Program-made: the position numbers and the translations under genes
Shown here: positions 18,983-28,507 of the stretch, one piece after another
Layout: every line of letters starts with the position of its first letter
Numbering within the stretch: the first letter of the stretch is position 1
Notes under the pieces: generated by a model
Databases searched by the model: none
The model's input: the letters and a program-made list of their open reading frames with translations, nothing else
What the model was told of the DNA's origin: nothing
NCBI GenBank assembly: GCA_964399175.1
Contig: CAYNPZ010000002.1
Location: 1-51,965 of the forward strand
DNA: 51,965 nucleotides
Source of the DNA: an uncultured Bacteroidales bacterium
GTDB taxonomy: Bacteria; Bacteroidota; Bacteroidia; Bacteroidales; UBA12077
Reading direction: 5' to 3'

Positions 18983-19020
18983 AAAACCTGTCATTGCTTC
19001 ATTGTGGCAGGTTTTATAAA
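18983..19020 (+). terminator. Rho-independent terminator
   Basis: AAAACCTGTCA (18983-18993) pairs with TGGCAGGTTTT (19005-19015), with one G-U pair. A T-rich tail follows. Confidence 0.6.
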
Positions 19021-19115
19021 TTTTTATATTTTCCCGGTGGAATTTTTATACTTTGTCCCTTAATTAAAAGATAATTTATTCGTTCCTATATAACAACTTC
19101 TGTTTTTAGTGAAGG

Positions 19116-21053
19116 ATGATTTATTTTACCGGTAAAAGAATAATGGTGGTTATCTTAATACCTATGCTGGCTTTTTATCTTTCCGGTCACGTATATGGGC
19201 AGGAGGAAGATCAATCTTACAGGAAAGAAAGGAAAGATGAATATGTCATTTTTTATTCCGATACTATTTTTTCAAGCGATTCCATAACCTTTAAGATTGA
19301 CAAAGATTCTTATGAATCTTCCGAGTCATTTTTTGATACCCTGAAAAACAAAGCAAAACAAAGCTATGTGTCCGGTAAACTTTACGATTTTTTGATAGTG
19401 AATGAGGATAACCGGATCGGGCAGAAGAGAATTGTAGATAATTACAGCACCCCTTTTGAGCAGTATAGCGGGAAATCAATAAGGCATGTATATATTCGGC
19501 AACTGGATGTTTTCGGTAGTTCAGTAAGCGATACCTTAAACGGACCGGAACAATGGTATAAGGAGGTTGGCAACTGGGTGCATATGCCCACCCATAAGTC
19601 TATTATCAGGGAGAATCTGCTTTTTTCAGCCGGAGATACACTTGATCCCTCGTTGTTAAGAGATAATGGCCGTATTTTAAGAGATCTGCAATATATTAAG
19701 GATGCCCGGCTGGTTGTCCGGCCCGGTGATAAACAGGGCGATTCTGTCGATGTAGTGGTTATCACACAAGATCTATGGACAAAGGGGTTTGATGTCAATC
19801 TGCAAAACATTAACTCAGGAGAAGTTCAGTTGTTCGATAACAATTTTCTGGGATTGGGCCACAAAATACAAACCAATATCCAGTTCGATTATTTTGAAAA
19901 TTCCAATCCCGGTATTGAGACTTATTACAGCCTGAATAATATCCGTGGAAGTTTTATCAACGGCAGGTTATATTATTTGGATGCTTTTGAAACCCGTCGC
20001 TATGGACTGGAGTTCAGGAGAAAATTTTATTCTTACCAAACCCGCCTGGCCGGCGGAGGGAAGGTGTACAAGACAAACACTACCAGAAACATCATACAGC
20101 AAGACACCACTTTCCACCAGGTTGATATGGATTATATCAACCACGATTTTTGGATGGGATACGCCATTCCCCTTAACTGGGGCGAGGATTTTTTTAAAAA
20201 CCGATACAGGTTGATTCTTTCCGGAAGGTACAAAAACGACCGGTTTTTTGACGGCCCGGTCATTACCGAACGTTATAATTACCAGTTTCATGACAACCAG
20301 ATGTTACTGGGTAAATTCAGCTTTTCAAGGGAAAATTATTACAAAAGTTCTTTGATCTATGGATTTGGAAGAACCGAAGATATTCCGGTTGGTGATTTGG
20401 TGAGTTATACTTTTGGTTGGGAGATGGATGAGTTTTTCAGGCGTTTTTATTCCGGTGTGAATTTCCGTCATGGTGAATTTATCGATAATTTCGGTTATCT
20501 TTCCACAGAGCTTGGTGCAGGGGGCTTTTTATACCAGAATCGGGTAGAACAGGGAGCAGTGCATTTCAAAACCAATTATATCAGTAAATTATTCCATACG
20601 GAAAACATTAAGCTCCGACAATTCTTTGGATTGGACTATTCTATAGGCTTTAACCGTTTTCCTGAAGAAACATTGAGACTAGATAAATTCAAAGATATAA
20701 GGGGATTTCCCAATACTGATATTTACGGAAATAAAAAGTTGGTATTTAAATCAGAAACAGTTGGCTTCACCAATATTTACTATTACGGTTTTCGTCTTGC
20801 CTTTTATGGATTCTGTGATGTAGGTTTTCTGGGTCCCTCCGATAATTTTATTTTTCAAAATCCGATCCAAACCGGTTTTGGAATTGGCATGCGGTTTAGA
20901 AACGAAAACTTTGTATTCAATACCTTTCAGATCAGGCTTGGTTATTATCCTTCACTTACCCATGGTAACAGTTTCCTCGTAAACCTTTCCGGTGAGAAGA
21001 CCCTGAAGTCGATGCGGTATACACCCGAACCACCGCAGATCATAGATTTTTGA
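19116..21053 (+). CDS. Omp85/BamA-family outer-membrane protein (POTRA-like domain plus beta-barrel)
   Basis: N-terminal signal-like segment (an alternative start is M at 19143). POTRA-like block IRHVYIRQLDVFG...LLFSAGDTLDPSLLRDNGRILRDLQYIKDARLVV. The C-terminal region is rich in alternating aromatic residues and ends in F (IIDF). Confidence 0.55.
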   Translation: MIYFTGKRIMVVILIPMLAFYLSGHVYGQEEDQSYRKERKDEYVIFYSDTIFSSDSITFKIDKDSYESSESFFDTLKNKAKQSYVSGKLYDFLIVNEDNRIGQKRIVDNYSTPFEQYSGKSIRHVYIRQLDVFGSSVSDTLNGPEQWYKEVGNWVHMPTHKSIIRENLLFSAGDTLDPSLLRDNGRILRDLQYIKDARLVVRPGDKQGDSVDVVVITQDLWTKGFDVNLQNINSGEVQLFDNNFLGLGHKIQTNIQFDYFENSNPGIETYYSLNNIRGSFINGRLYYLDAFETRRYGLEFRRKFYSYQTRLAGGGKVYKTNTTRNIIQQDTTFHQVDMDYINHDFWMGYAIPLNWGEDFFKNRYRLILSGRYKNDRFFDGPVITERYNYQFHDNQMLLGKFSFSRENYYKSSLIYGFGRTEDIPVGDLVSYTFGWEMDEFFRRFYSGVNFRHGEFIDNFGYLSTELGAGGFLYQNRVEQGAVHFKTNYISKLFHTENIKLRQFFGLDYSIGFNRFPEETLRLDKFKDIRGFPNTDIYGNKKLVFKSETVGFTNIYYYGFRLAFYGFCDVGFLGPSDNFIFQNPIQTGFGIGMRFRNENFVFNTFQIRLGYYPSLTHGNSFLVNLSGEKTLKSMRYTPEPPQIIDF

Positions 21054-21124
21054 TATTGGAGAAGGATTTGACTGTTTTTGGCTTGCCTTTTTTATCTTTG
21101 TATCAGGATTAAAAACAGATAGGA

Positions 21125-22468
21125 ATGATGTATCAGAATTTCCTGGACTATATTAAAGCCAATGATCTTTTTTCCGATACTGACCGGATTCTTCTTGGTG
21201 TGAGCGGGGGCATAGATTCCATGGTAATGGCCCATCTTTTTTTAAAAGCGGGTTTTAATATTGCCATAGCTCATTGCAACTTTGGCCTCAGGGGAGAAGA
21301 ATCAGAAAAAGACCAGGAATTCGTTCACTCCTTTGCCAGGGAGCATGATCTTGTTTTTCATACTAAAAAGTTCGACACAGAAAAGTTTGCTATCGAAAAT
21401 AAGCTTTCTGTTCAAATGGCCGCAAGAAAATTAAGGTATCGCTGGTTTGATCAGTTGAAACACCGGTACAACTATGATGTTATTGCAATGGGGCATAATA
21501 AAAATGACCTGGTAGAGACTTTCTTTATCAATATTGCGAGGGGTACCGGGCTGAAAGGCATAACCGGTATAAAACCCAGGAACCGGAATATCGTCAGACC
21601 TCTGTTGTTTGCAACCCGTGAGGAAATCTCGAACTACAGCGCTGAGAATAATATTGCTTACCGGGAAGATTCTTCAAACCGAAAGGTGAAATACAGCCGA
21701 AATAAAATCAGACACCATATCATTCGGGAATTTCAGCAGCTTAATCCCCGATTCCTTGAAACAGTAAGGGAAAATACAGAGAGATTTCAGGATGCCTATA
21801 CCATTTACCTTAGGGCTGTTGAAGAGAAGAAAGCCGAGCTGATTTTTGATAAAGGCTCAGAGATGTATATCGATATACATAAATTACAAAATCTGAAAGA
21901 GAAGAACACCTATCTCTTTGAGATCCTGAGGCCCTATGGGTTTACGAAAGAAGTTATTCATGAGGTGATTGATCATCTGGATGCTGAACCGGGGAAAGAG
22001 TTTTCTTCCGCTACCCATAAACTGATCAAAGACCGGGATTACCTGATACTTTCCTATATGGAAGAGGAAGCACCTACCCGCTATTATATTGATGAATGGA
22101 TTAAGCGGATTCAGAATCCTGTTCCTCTGAAATTTGATCTGATTGAGGATATACAGAATTACCGGATACCTGGAGGATCCCATAAGGCTGCCGTTGATTA
22201 TGATAAAATCCAGTTTCCGTTGATGCTGAGGAAATGGCAGAAGGGAGATTATTTTAAACCTTTTGGTTTCGAGCATTATAAGAAACTAAAAGATTTCTTT
22301 GTTGACAGAAAGTATTCCCTTTTGGATAAAGAACGGGCCTGGATCCTTGCATCCGGTGAGCAGATCATTTGGATTGTGGGTGACAGGCTGGATGACCGCT
22401 TCCGAATAGATAAAAATACCCGGAGGATTCTTGAGATCACTTATTTCAAATTCGGATTTGACAGTTGA
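21125..22468 (+). CDS. tilS: tRNA(Ile)-lysidine synthase
   Basis: PP-loop GVSGGIDSMV, HCNFGLRGEESE, GHNKNDLVETF. Length is 447 aa. Confidence 0.92.
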   Translation: MMYQNFLDYIKANDLFSDTDRILLGVSGGIDSMVMAHLFLKAGFNIAIAHCNFGLRGEESEKDQEFVHSFAREHDLVFHTKKFDTEKFAIENKLSVQMAARKLRYRWFDQLKHRYNYDVIAMGHNKNDLVETFFINIARGTGLKGITGIKPRNRNIVRPLLFATREEISNYSAENNIAYREDSSNRKVKYSRNKIRHHIIREFQQLNPRFLETVRENTERFQDAYTIYLRAVEEKKAELIFDKGSEMYIDIHKLQNLKEKNTYLFEILRPYGFTKEVIHEVIDHLDAEPGKEFSSATHKLIKDRDYLILSYMEEEAPTRYYIDEWIKRIQNPVPLKFDLIEDIQNYRIPGGSHKAAVDYDKIQFPLMLRKWQKGDYFKPFGFEHYKKLKDFFVDRKYSLLDKERAWILASGEQIIWIVGDRLDDRFRIDKNTRRILEITYFKFGFDS

Positions 22469-22608
22469 AACCCACATCTGGGAGCCTTCACAACAAGAAC
22501 ATGAGTAACATGCGGGTTCCATGGTTAGACAAGCAAAATATATGAATTTGGCATGTAAATCAGCTTGAAATTCAAACTTTTAATAAACTGTTAACCGAAT
22601 TAAAAAGA

Positions 22609-23601
22609 TCATTTAAATACGCGGGGAGCTTTTTGCTCCCGGAGCATTAAATCGGCCAGCACAAAAGCAGTGACGGCTTCAACAATAACAGGCATCCGAA
22701 GGGCAATGCAGGCATCGTGGCGACCTTTAACCTCAAGTTCTTCCATCTGATCGGTTTCCAGGTTCAGCGTTTTTTGTTTTTTAGGGGTGCTGGACGGGGG
22801 TTTTACAGCAACCCTGAAAATGATATCGTTTCCGTTGGTGATTCCGCCATTGATACCACCTGCATGATTCGTTTCGGTTTTCCCTTCCTGATTAATGATG
22901 GCGTCATTGTTTTCACTGCCTAACATCTCCGAGGCTTGAAAGCCTGATCCGAATTCGATTCCTTTGATGGCAGGTATAGAGAATATGATGTGACTGATTA
23001 GGGATTCTACCGAGTCGAAAAAAGGCTCACCCAGACCTACAGGTACATTCTCTGCCTTACACTGAATCAATCCTCCAATGGTGTCATTTTTCCTGATGGC
23101 ATATTGCACAGCCTCGTCAATGTCTTTCATCCCTCCGGCTTCAATTAATTCGGCATTAACAAACAGCGGGAAAATGATCTTTTTGGCGATGACACCTGCT
23201 GCAACCAATCCAAGAGTTAGTCTCCCTGAGAAATGACCGCTGCCACGGTGATCATTAAATCCGCCGAACTTCTGATGAGCGGTAAAATCTGCATGTCCCG
23301 GACGAGGTTTCTGGAGAAAATCCCGGTAGTCTTTAGATTGGGTGTTTTGATTCCTGAATAATATGGTTATGGGTGCACCAGTGGTTCTCTCCTGGTAAAT
23401 GCCACTGACAAATTCAGGATGGTCGAGCTCTTTTCTCGGAGTAGTACCTATCTTGCCGCTTTTTCTTCTTGCCAGGTCGGTGTTGAATTCGTCCATATTA
23501 ATATTTATACCTGCAGGACAGCCGTCAAGTGTTATTCCTACCAGATCACCGTGGGATTCTCCAAATATGGAAACTCTAAGTAAATTCCCAAACATGTTCA
23601 T
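22609..23601 (-). CDS. aroC: Chorismate synthase
   Basis: N-terminus FGNLLRVSIFGESHG, plus GRHDACIALR and RPGHADF motifs. Confidence 0.92.
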   Translation of the reverse strand: MNMFGNLLRVSIFGESHGDLVGITLDGCPAGININMDEFNTDLARRKSGKIGTTPRKELDHPEFVSGIYQERTTGAPITILFRNQNTQSKDYRDFLQKPRPGHADFTAHQKFGGFNDHRGSGHFSGRLTLGLVAAGVIAKKIIFPLFVNAELIEAGGMKDIDEAVQYAIRKNDTIGGLIQCKAENVPVGLGEPFFDSVESLISHIIFSIPAIKGIEFGSGFQASEMLGSENNDAIINQEGKTETNHAGGINGGITNGNDIIFRVAVKPPSSTPKKQKTLNLETDQMEELEVKGRHDACIALRMPVIVEAVTAFVLADLMLREQKAPRVFK

Positions 23602-23636
23602 GAAATTAGAAGTTTGAAATATCTATCAAATCTATT

Positions 23637-23667
23637 AAAAAAAATTGAGACGCCGTATAAGCGTCTC
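23637..23667 (-). terminator. Rho-independent terminator after the radical SAM gene (minus strand)
   Basis: GAGACGC (23647-23653) pairs with GCGTCTC (23661-23667). An A-run at 23637-23644 on the plus strand gives a T-run on the minus strand. Confidence 0.65.
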
Positions 23668-23700
23668 TACCTTTTATTTTTGGTAAAACAATTCAAGTCC

Positions 23701-25140
23701 TTATTTGTTCGTCTCTTTTTCTTTCTCCATATATTCTTCTTCCCAAATGTCCTGTGTTAGTTCTTCCAGTTTTTTATCGTATTGAACCAGTTTTTTGTAA
23801 TATTCATTGTCATTAAGCGATTCTTCCGCTTCTTCGCTTTCTCCTTTGGCATGGTTTGGAAGTATATTCCGGCGGAAAGTATCATAATGGTCTCTTATAG
23901 AGCAAGGCATCAGCCAGTTGTTCGGGTTGTGGGGTTGAGCCTGACCATATTTCCGTTGCCATTCCCTGCCGTTTTTCATGAAATCAGAGAACAATGCATC
24001 AACCAATGACTTTCCATTATTGTAGAGATCATAGACGTTATCCACATAATAGGGCACAAATACACACGGCATAATATTTCCGTTCCAGTCGATGTAGAAA
24101 TAGCCTCCCCTTCGGCCGTAAGCTATGCAGCCATTCGTCAGTATACCGCTATTCCAGAAGTCGGCTACACAATAATTTTTCTCTGAGAGGAGATATTCCC
24201 ATTTTCTATATAAATCCACACGTTTTTCAGGAGGAACCATCAGGTCAAAGGCATGGGTACTCCGGCCAATAGGCATAAGCTGGAACTGCCACATGTAGGT
24301 AGCACCCTCCTGATCGAAATAGTAATCATAGAATTCGTCGCTCATGAGTACATCAGTATTTTCACTGGTTGCAGTAACGGAAATACCTATCGGTACCCCT
24401 GCGTTTCTCAGGTTTTCAAAAGCCTGACGTATTTTTTTGTGGGTGCCTTTTCCTCTTCTGGCATCCGTTTCTTTTTCGAAGCCTTCTACCGATACAGCGG
24501 GGGTAACGTTTCCAGCTTTCCCGAGGCGCTCTGCAACTTCCGGTGTGATAAGGGTTCCGTTGGTGTATACCAGGAAAAAGACATCATCGTACTTTTCAAA
24601 AATATCGAGCAGTGTTTTTCCTTCACTCTTATACATGAATGGTTCCCCACCACTTATGGTTACAAAACGGCTGTGAAACTTGTTGCGAACGTCATCTACA
24701 ATTTTGTCAACCATGTGATAGGGTAATTTGTTACCTGTGTGTGGATCGGAGGAAGCATAGCATCCGGTGCAGCTTAAATTGCAGGCCTGAGTTGGGGATA
24801 GCACAATAAAGTTTGGCGGATATTCGCCGTATTGTCCTTTAAATTCCTCAAGTTTGTCACTGTATTTTTGTTTGTTAAGAATTGAATTCTCTACCAGAAC
24901 ATGAACGATACGTTTAAAAACGTTTTTGGAGAAGTAGCCTTTTTCTACATTTCTGACGGCAGATCTCAACATGGAATTCATGAACTGGTACTTTTTTTTC
25001 TGAACCTCGTAGAGATTATTTCCGTCTTTCTCCACAATAGAGTTGTAAAGGTAACTATCGAGCTTTTTTAGCAGGTAATTCCTGCTCATTTTATTATTAA
25101 CAAGCTCCCGTAATACATTAGAAAATATAAAATCTTTCAT
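23701..25140 (-). CDS. Radical SAM enzyme with Cys-rich (SPASM-like) C-terminal region; function unknown
   Basis: CNLSCTGCYAS is a CxxxCxxC motif. GGEPF glycine-rich SAM motif. Downstream cysteines occur at NGCIAYG, IMPCVFVPYY and LMPCSIRD. It has an N-terminal extension of about 100 aa and an acidic C-terminal tail. Confidence 0.75.
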   Translation of the reverse strand: MKDFIFSNVLRELVNNKMSRNYLLKKLDSYLYNSIVEKDGNNLYEVQKKKYQFMNSMLRSAVRNVEKGYFSKNVFKRIVHVLVENSILNKQKYSDKLEEFKGQYGEYPPNFIVLSPTQACNLSCTGCYASSDPHTGNKLPYHMVDKIVDDVRNKFHSRFVTISGGEPFMYKSEGKTLLDIFEKYDDVFFLVYTNGTLITPEVAERLGKAGNVTPAVSVEGFEKETDARRGKGTHKKIRQAFENLRNAGVPIGISVTATSENTDVLMSDEFYDYYFDQEGATYMWQFQLMPIGRSTHAFDLMVPPEKRVDLYRKWEYLLSEKNYCVADFWNSGILTNGCIAYGRRGGYFYIDWNGNIMPCVFVPYYVDNVYDLYNNGKSLVDALFSDFMKNGREWQRKYGQAQPHNPNNWLMPCSIRDHYDTFRRNILPNHAKGESEEAEESLNDNEYYKKLVQYDKKLEELTQDIWEEEYMEKEKETNK

Positions 25141-25434
25141 GATATGATCTCCTTCCTTTTTTTATTGTTTACCAATAAATATTTTTCATTTAACCAAATT
25201 TATTAATTGTACGATAAAATATCAAGAAATATTATGTTAAATTAACGCAAAGATTCAGGGAACCGAAAACCTGACTTGTCCTGATTTTGTCAATGGATTA
25301 ATATTCAATATTTTAAACATGCTGATTATTTGTTTATATTGATTATAAATATTTGCCAGCTGATGCCCCTCTTTATTGTTTCTATTGTCTTCTTTTATTT
25401 TATTTTTGCAGGGCTAATTCTAACATTTCCTTAT

Positions 25435-25707
25435 ATGATAATCGGTATATCTTTATTGGTAATTGGTATCTTTCTGGGCTATTTCTTGAGAAATCGATCC
25501 AGGATACTATGGGTGAGTTCGAAACTTACTGATGGAGCTATTTTTTTGCTGCTCTTTTTTTTAGGTGTAACGGTTGGTATGAATGATAAGATCATTTCGA
25601 ATTTTCAAAACCTCGGGTTACAATCACTCATCATTACACTTTTTGCTACAATCGGGAGCCTCGGGGTTACTTATATCTTTTATAAAATCTTTTTTAGTAA
25701 GAGATGA
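25435..25707 (+). CDS. LysO-family (DUF340) transporter, small subunit
   Basis: About 90 aa polytopic membrane protein, 4 nt-overlapped with the larger DUF340 gene. The start is uncertain: ATG at 25435, ATG at 25363, or the track TTG at 25330. Confidence 0.55.
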   Translation: MIIGISLLVIGIFLGYFLRNRSRILWVSSKLTDGAIFLLLFFLGVTVGMNDKIISNFQNLGLQSLIITLFATIGSLGVTYIFYKIFFSKR

Positions 25708-26303
25708 AAAATACGGTAATCATCATATTCTTTTTTATAGCTGGCCTGTTCTTCGGGATCTATGCCTTTCTTCCCGATGCTCTGGGCGGAGATGACATGA
25801 CACAGTATGTACTTTATCTGCTCCTGTTTTTGGTGGGCATTGGGGTAGGGTCCAATAAAAATACACTTAAATTGATGAAATCCGTTAACCTTAAAATTTT
25901 TCTCATTCCATTGTCCGTGATTTTAGGGACCTTTCTCGGAACGTTTCTTTATTCTCTGATTGATGAATCCTTAACACTGAGGGAATGTTGGGCCGTCGGG
26001 GCAGGGTTTGGTTACTATAGCCTTTCCAGTGTTTTAATTAAAGAGATTGCAGGGGGAAGTCTCGGCGTTATTGCTCTGCTTTCCAATATTATAAGAGAGA
26101 TCCTTACCCTGTTGCTTACTCCTGTTATTGCAAAAGTTTTTAGTAAGTATGGCCCCATTTCGTCTGGGGGTGCCACTTCAATGGATACTACACTTCCCAT
26201 TATTACCCGATACATAGGAACCGAATATGCTGCCCTATCTGTTTTCAGCGGGCTGGTGCTGACCCTTCTCGTCCCTTTCCTTGTTCCTCTGATTTTAGCG
26301 TAA
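25704..26303 (+). CDS. LysO-family (DUF340) lysine-exporter-like membrane protein, large subunit
   Basis: 199 aa hydrophobic protein with LysO/YbjE-like layout (GFGYYSLSSVL, SGGATSMDTTLP). Confidence 0.6.
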   Translation: MKNTVIIIFFFIAGLFFGIYAFLPDALGGDDMTQYVLYLLLFLVGIGVGSNKNTLKLMKSVNLKIFLIPLSVILGTFLGTFLYSLIDESLTLRECWAVGAGFGYYSLSSVLIKEIAGGSLGVIALLSNIIREILTLLLTPVIAKVFSKYGPISSGGATSMDTTLPIITRYIGTEYAALSVFSGLVLTLLVPFLVPLILA

Positions 26304-26459
26304 TTGTCCGAATAATATAAATGCCCTTAACCATTATAATGAAATAAGGCATAGAGTAACCCTTAGCTGAATATGGCATTTTTTGTGGAAGCTTTAAATT
26401 TTGGCATGAACAATTGATTGATCCAGATTGTTTATATGTACAAAAATAGAGATAAAGCC

Positions 26460-26654
26460 ATGAAAAAGAATATTGGAAAGACTGATAAAGTAATCCGTGT
26501 CGTTGTTGGTGTAGCCATAGGTGCGTTAGGAATTTATTTTCAAAGCTGGTGGGGACTGGTAGGTTTAATACCCCTACTCACTGCCATTACAGGAACATGT
26601 GGACTTTATCTTCCTTTTGGCATGAGTACATGTTCAACTAAAGCGGAGTCCTGA
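26460..26654 (+). CDS. DUF2892 (YgaP-like) small membrane protein
   Basis: MKKNIGKTDKVIRVVVGVAIGALGIY...C.LY..FG.STC pattern is typical of DUF2892. The internal ATG at 26460 is preferred over 26418. Confidence 0.6.
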   Translation: MKKNIGKTDKVIRVVVGVAIGALGIYFQSWWGLVGLIPLLTAITGTCGLYLPFGMSTCSTKAES

Positions 26655-26711
26655 AGGGCTTTATATAATCATCCGTGTTGTGTTGTGGGGAATTTTTCGA
26701 ACAGCGGGTGA

Positions 26712-27899
26712 TTATACCAACTCTTTAACCGCATCGGCCGCTTCCTGAAGGGTAATTGCCGATTTTACCTTTAATCCGCTTTCATCGATCAGCTTTTTGC
26801 CCTCTTCTGCGTTGGTTCCCTGTAGTCTTACTACAACCGGCACATGAATTTCCCCCAGTGCAGTGAAAGCTTCAGTAACGCCTTTGGCAACCCTGTCACA
26901 ACGGACAATTCCTCCGAATATATTGATCAATATGGCTTTGACATTGGGATCTTTGAGTATGATCCTGAAACCGGCTTCGACAGTCTCAGCATTGGCAGAC
27001 CCTCCTACATCCAGAAAATTTGCCGGATGTCCGCCCGATAGTTTAATAATGTCCATTGTAGCCATGGCCAGGCCGGCCCCGTTTACCATGCAACCCACAT
27101 TGCCATCCAGTTTGATGAAGTTGAGGTTGTTTTTATCTGCCTCCATCTCAGCCGGGTTTTCTTCTGTGGTATCTCTCAGATCAAGGTAATCCTTATGCCG
27201 GAATAATGCATTATCATCCAGGTTAATCTTGGCATCAGCTGCAAGAATTTTATTATCGGAGGTTTTAAACAGGGGATTGATCTCTATCAGGGAGGCATCC
27301 GTATTCAGGTAAGCACGGTAGAGTTTGATGACGAAGCGTACCATTTCTTTAAATGCATTTCCGCTAAGGCCCAGGTTAAATGCGATTTTTCGGGCCTGGT
27401 ACATTTGAATGCCCAGCCCTGAATGTATTTCTTCCTTAAAGATCAGTTGGGGTGTGTTTTCTGCTACCGATTCAATATCCACTCCACCCTCGGTGGAATA
27501 CATGATGATGTTTTTTCCCGTGTTTCGGTTCAGGAGAACACCCATGTAAAATTCTGCTGGTTCACTTTCTCCTTCGTAATATATGCCTTGTTCAATGAGT
27601 AATCGGTGCACCTTTTTACCTTCTTTCCCCGTTTGGTGGGTGAACAGGTTCATTCCCAGTATGTTTTCCGCGTGTGATTTGACCTCTTCCAAAGTTCTGG
27701 CTATTTTAACTCCTCCACCTTTACCGCGGCCTCCGGCATGGATCTGGGCTTTCACTGCCCAGGTATTGGTACCCGTGACTTCCTGTATTGTATTGGCTGC
27801 CTGGATGGCATCTTCTGCTTTCCGGATCATCCTGCCCTCGGGTACCGGAACCCCGTTATCCCTTAGCAGGTTTTTTGCCTGGTATTCATGGATATTCAT
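26712..27899 (-). CDS. sucC: Succinate--CoA ligase (ADP-forming) beta subunit
   Basis: MNIHEYQAKNLL start, ATP-grasp motifs, GGRGKGGGVK and NIFGGIVRCD. Confidence 0.93.
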   Translation of the reverse strand: MNIHEYQAKNLLRDNGVPVPEGRMIRKAEDAIQAANTIQEVTGTNTWAVKAQIHAGGRGKGGGVKIARTLEEVKSHAENILGMNLFTHQTGKEGKKVHRLLIEQGIYYEGESEPAEFYMGVLLNRNTGKNIIMYSTEGGVDIESVAENTPQLIFKEEIHSGLGIQMYQARKIAFNLGLSGNAFKEMVRFVIKLYRAYLNTDASLIEINPLFKTSDNKILAADAKINLDDNALFRHKDYLDLRDTTEENPAEMEADKNNLNFIKLDGNVGCMVNGAGLAMATMDIIKLSGGHPANFLDVGGSANAETVEAGFRIILKDPNVKAILINIFGGIVRCDRVAKGVTEAFTALGEIHVPVVVRLQGTNAEEGKKLIDESGLKVKSAITLQEAADAVKELV

Positions 27900-28039
27900 G
27901 TTGGTCTGCTTTTGAAATGACTTTCCACGAATTTATGGAAATTTTCTGTACCTTCAATACACCCACACTGTTTTAACTATCTTGTATGCTTTTTACTGTT
28001 TATTTTATGTCCATTAAAATTTATATATACTAAGGCCAT

Positions 28040-28115
28040 ATTATTTAGAATTTTTTTAAATTAAACTGTTATTTTATTAACAGTGTTATTATATTAACAA
28101 ACTATATTATATTCG
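28040..28115 (+). promoter_or_regulatory. Promoter module of the signalling operon: two tandem TGTTA-N6-TAACA palindromes (Rex-box-like) plus -7-like box TATATTCG
   Basis: TGTTA 28067-71 / TAACA 28078-82 / G / TGTTA 28084-88 / TAACA 28095-99. TATATTCG lies at 28108-28115. The whole block has about 80 percent identity to 31958-32032 with identical spacing to the -7 box. Confidence 0.6.
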
Positions 28116-28162
28116 CAGATATGAATGATGAGAAATTAACAAAAATTCGCAAAGACAAGGCT

Positions 28163-28504
28163 ATGAAAGTATCCGAAATTGCCGGGCTGATAAACGCCAA
28201 TATTGTATGTAACTGCAAGGATGACCGGGAGGTCTCCAAAGCGTTTTCATCGGATCTGATGAGCGATGTACTTACGCTGGAAACGGATAATACATTGCTT
28301 ATCACCGGGCTGGCCAATGTCCAGGCCATCCGGACGGCAGAAATGTCGGATATCAACTGCATTGTATTTGCAAGAAACAAGAAGGTGAATGAGGATATGA
28401 AGCAGGTAGCCTTAGAAAATGATATTTTGCTGCTTGAGACGTCCTTTTCGGTTTTTAAAACCTCTGGAATCCTTTATCAGGAAGGTATCCAACCCATATT
28501 TTGA
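28163..28504 (+). CDS. DRTGG-domain protein (paralogue 1)
   Basis: About 113 aa from MKVSEIAGL. It aligns with the second DRTGG protein (MNVSELVNDL) and shares the motif SDLMSDV / SDLLSDV. The track start 28121 would lie on top of the predicted transcription start. Confidence 0.7.
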   Translation: MKVSEIAGLINANIVCNCKDDREVSKAFSSDLMSDVLTLETDNTLLITGLANVQAIRTAEMSDINCIVFARNKKVNEDMKQVALENDILLLETSFSVFKTSGILYQEGIQPIF

Positions 28505-28507
28505 CCG

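Noticed and set aside
25141-25434. Possible lysine riboswitch upstream of the LysO-family genes
   Set aside because: The region is AT-rich with no recognisable conserved helices or G-rich core. Nothing I could see supports a riboswitch call by eye.
26712-27899. sucC without an adjacent sucD
   Set aside because: The gene looks intact and monocistronic. To my knowledge unlinked sucC and sucD occur in this phylum, so I did not treat it as an anomaly, but I cannot verify this without the genome.
28121-28162. Track start codon at 28121 for the first DRTGG gene
   Set aside because: It would sit 6 nt after the -7-like box, giving a leaderless transcript. The extra 14 aa have no counterpart in the paralogue. 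The ATG at 28163 gives matching N-termini (MKVSEIAGL versus MNVSELVNDL).
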